Source: a virus
Lineage: Duplodnaviria > Heunggongvirae > Uroviricota > Caudoviricetes
Length of the DNA stretch: 7,660 bases
Virus record (IMG/VR): IMGVR_UViG_2778261105_000004
Span: 1-7,660 of that record
Strand: one strand, 5' to 3'
Below are positions 6,489-7,660 of this stretch, piece by piece (the first letter of the stretch is position 1; the number at the start of each line of letters is the position of its first letter). The notes beneath the pieces are model-generated. The model did no database searches and was not told where the DNA came from. It was given only the letters and a program-made list of their open reading frames with translations. A program made the translations under genes and the position numbers.

Positions 6489-7169
6489 TTATCCCCGCCC
6501 GATAACCACCACTTTCCCGTCTCCGCCCTCATCACGGGTGCTGATATCCTGGGATATCCGTCGTGAACCAACCAGCATTTCACCGTAAGGCACCGGCATC
6601 GGGTTACCCTGGGCAATCATGTTGTCCAGTGACGAAAAATACGTGTTCTGTTTACCGTTATCCGTACTTTTGTACTCCGGCGTCTTTGCCTTCGGGGCCA
6701 GCATCTGGGCCACACCACCCAGTATCATGCTGGCACCCAGTGAGAACAGCATCGTGGTGGCAGTCAGCCCTCCGGCACTCAGGGCTGCGCCCCATGCCGC
6801 CAGTGTTGCACCACCAGTGAAAAATGACCCGACAATCGCTGCAACCCCCAGCACCACCTGAAAAACACCATTTCCCCCGGCTCCGGCCAGTCGCGGCACA
6901 ATGTGGATGACCGCTCCCTCACCCAGTTGTTCGTGAAGACGGGCGTACACCGCCTCCGGTGCGGTATCCTCACCGGCAATACGTATCTGATACCAGCCTT
7001 CGTTCATCTGACCGCGGAATCCCGGCACCTGCAGCGACAGGGCACGGATGGCCTCCGCTGCCGTGTTCACATACAGGCTGATGCGGCGACCAAATCGTTG
7101 TAAATCCCCGTGAAGGCAGATGCGGACCAGTGGCGGTGACGCCAGACAGAATGCGTTCGTCGTTGCCAT
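6489..7169 (-). CDS. I: Tail tip assembly protein I
   Basis: 226-aa ORF MATTNAFCLASPPLVRICLHGDLQRFGRRISLYVNTAAEAIRAL...GKQNTYFSSLDNMIAQGN... It closely matches lambda gpI as I recall it (RFGRRI, IHIVPR, a Gly/Ala-rich hydrophobic segment, GKQNTYFSSLDNM). The SD GGGAGAGG lies upstream of the ATG at 7169..7167. Confidence 0.92.
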   Translation of the reverse strand: MATTNAFCLASPPLVRICLHGDLQRFGRRISLYVNTAAEAIRALSLQVPGFRGQMNEGWYQIRIAGEDTAPEAVYARLHEQLGEGAVIHIVPRLAGAGGNGVFQVVLGVAAIVGSFFTGGATLAAWGAALSAGGLTATTMLFSLGASMILGGVAQMLAPKAKTPEYKSTDNGKQNTYFSSLDNMIAQGNPMPVPYGEMLVGSRRISQDISTRDEGGDGKVVVIGRG

Positions 7170-7660
7170 TTTTCAGAATACCTCTCCCGTTTACTCAGTT
7201 GTTCAGGTATATGGTGAAGCAGTTCACCGTTGCCACAGTAAATGGCGGCATGATTCGGCACCGATGAACCAAAGCAGCACAGCAGGATATCGCCCGCCTG
7301 TGCACAGGACGGAGACACCCGGTAAAAGCCGTTGTCTGCCAGGTTGTCCAGGTACAGGTTCTGACCGTTGCGCCACCAGTCATCCTCACGCACAAAATCC
7401 GGCAGCGTTATCCCCGCCAGATGGTATGCATCCCGGAACAGGGTGTAACAGTCCGTCACACCGTGTTCAAAGCGCCGTCCGGTCAGGTGCGGCACACAGC
7501 GGAACCGGTGAATTTCACCCCGGCAGACCAGCCACCAGGGCAGGGCACTCTTTATCTGCAGCCGCCGGTCCGCCTCGCTCAGCCAGGGCAGACCACCGGG
7601 ATGACTGTGGACCAGCGCCACAATCTCCCCCTGCATCTGTGCCTGCAGCCAGTCTTCCGG
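7067..7660 (-). CDS. K: Tail tip assembly protein K (JAMM/MPN metalloprotease motif plus NlpC/P60-like Cys/His region); partial, N-terminus beyond the window edge
   Basis: The frame is open from the window edge (PEDWLQAQMQGEIVALVHSHPGGLPWLSEAD...). The JAMM signature H-S-H-x7-S-x2-D is at about 7568..7609, which is too close to the Met at 7636 for that Met to be the real start, so the gene must begin upstream of 7660. Downstream are DCYTLF (candidate catalytic Cys) and a conserved His region. The 3' end overlaps the I start by about 103 nt in another frame. Confidence 0.9.
   Translation of the reverse strand, partial: PEDWLQAQMQGEIVALVHSHPGGLPWLSEADRRLQIKSALPWWLVCRGEIHRFRCVPHLTGRRFEHGVTDCYTLFRDAYHLAGITLPDFVREDDWWRNGQNLYLDNLADNGFYRVSPSCAQAGDILLCCFGSSVPNHAAIYCGNGELLHHIPEQLSKRERYSEKWQRRTHSVWRHRHWSASAFTGIYNDLVAASACM

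Noticed and set aside
6563-7103. Plus-strand ORFs 6563..6820, 6619..6861, 6903..7103 and minus-strand ORFs 6779..6979, 7195..7395
   Set aside because: All lie inside, antisense to, or out of frame with the well-supported I and K genes.
1-7660. Chi site (GCTGGTGG) or its complement
   Set aside because: A visual scan found only near-matches (e.g. CCACCAGT around 6811..6818); no exact octamer was seen, and I could not do an exhaustive computational search.

Overview
This 7.66 kb window is the distal tail / host-range module of a lambda-like phage or prophage. All genes are on the minus strand in lambda order: K (5' end cut by the window edge), I, J, stf, tfa (3' end cut by the window edge). Two intergenic regions are expanded relative to phage lambda as I remember it, and both look like inserted accessory cargo. 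(1) The J-stf gap, where lambda carries lom, holds a 46-codon Hok/Gef-family type I toxin gene (absent from the ORF track because it is under 60 aa), with its own SD, a candidate promoter and a strong intrinsic terminator, but no recognisable mok-like overlapping frame. (2) The I-J gap is about 490 bp instead of about 60 bp and holds two diverged tandem copies of a unit made of a conserved 11-nt box, a -10-like hexamer exactly 33 nt downstream, a conserved transcript start and a strong plus-strand intrinsic terminator. I read these as two candidate small RNA genes of about 100 nt transcribed antisense to the tail operon; this is the most likely undescribed element here. A 74-codon ORF also sits between stf and tfa, in frame with stf after its TGA and joined to tfa by an ATGA overlap. 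All homology statements come from reading the translations against remembered protein families; no database search was run.
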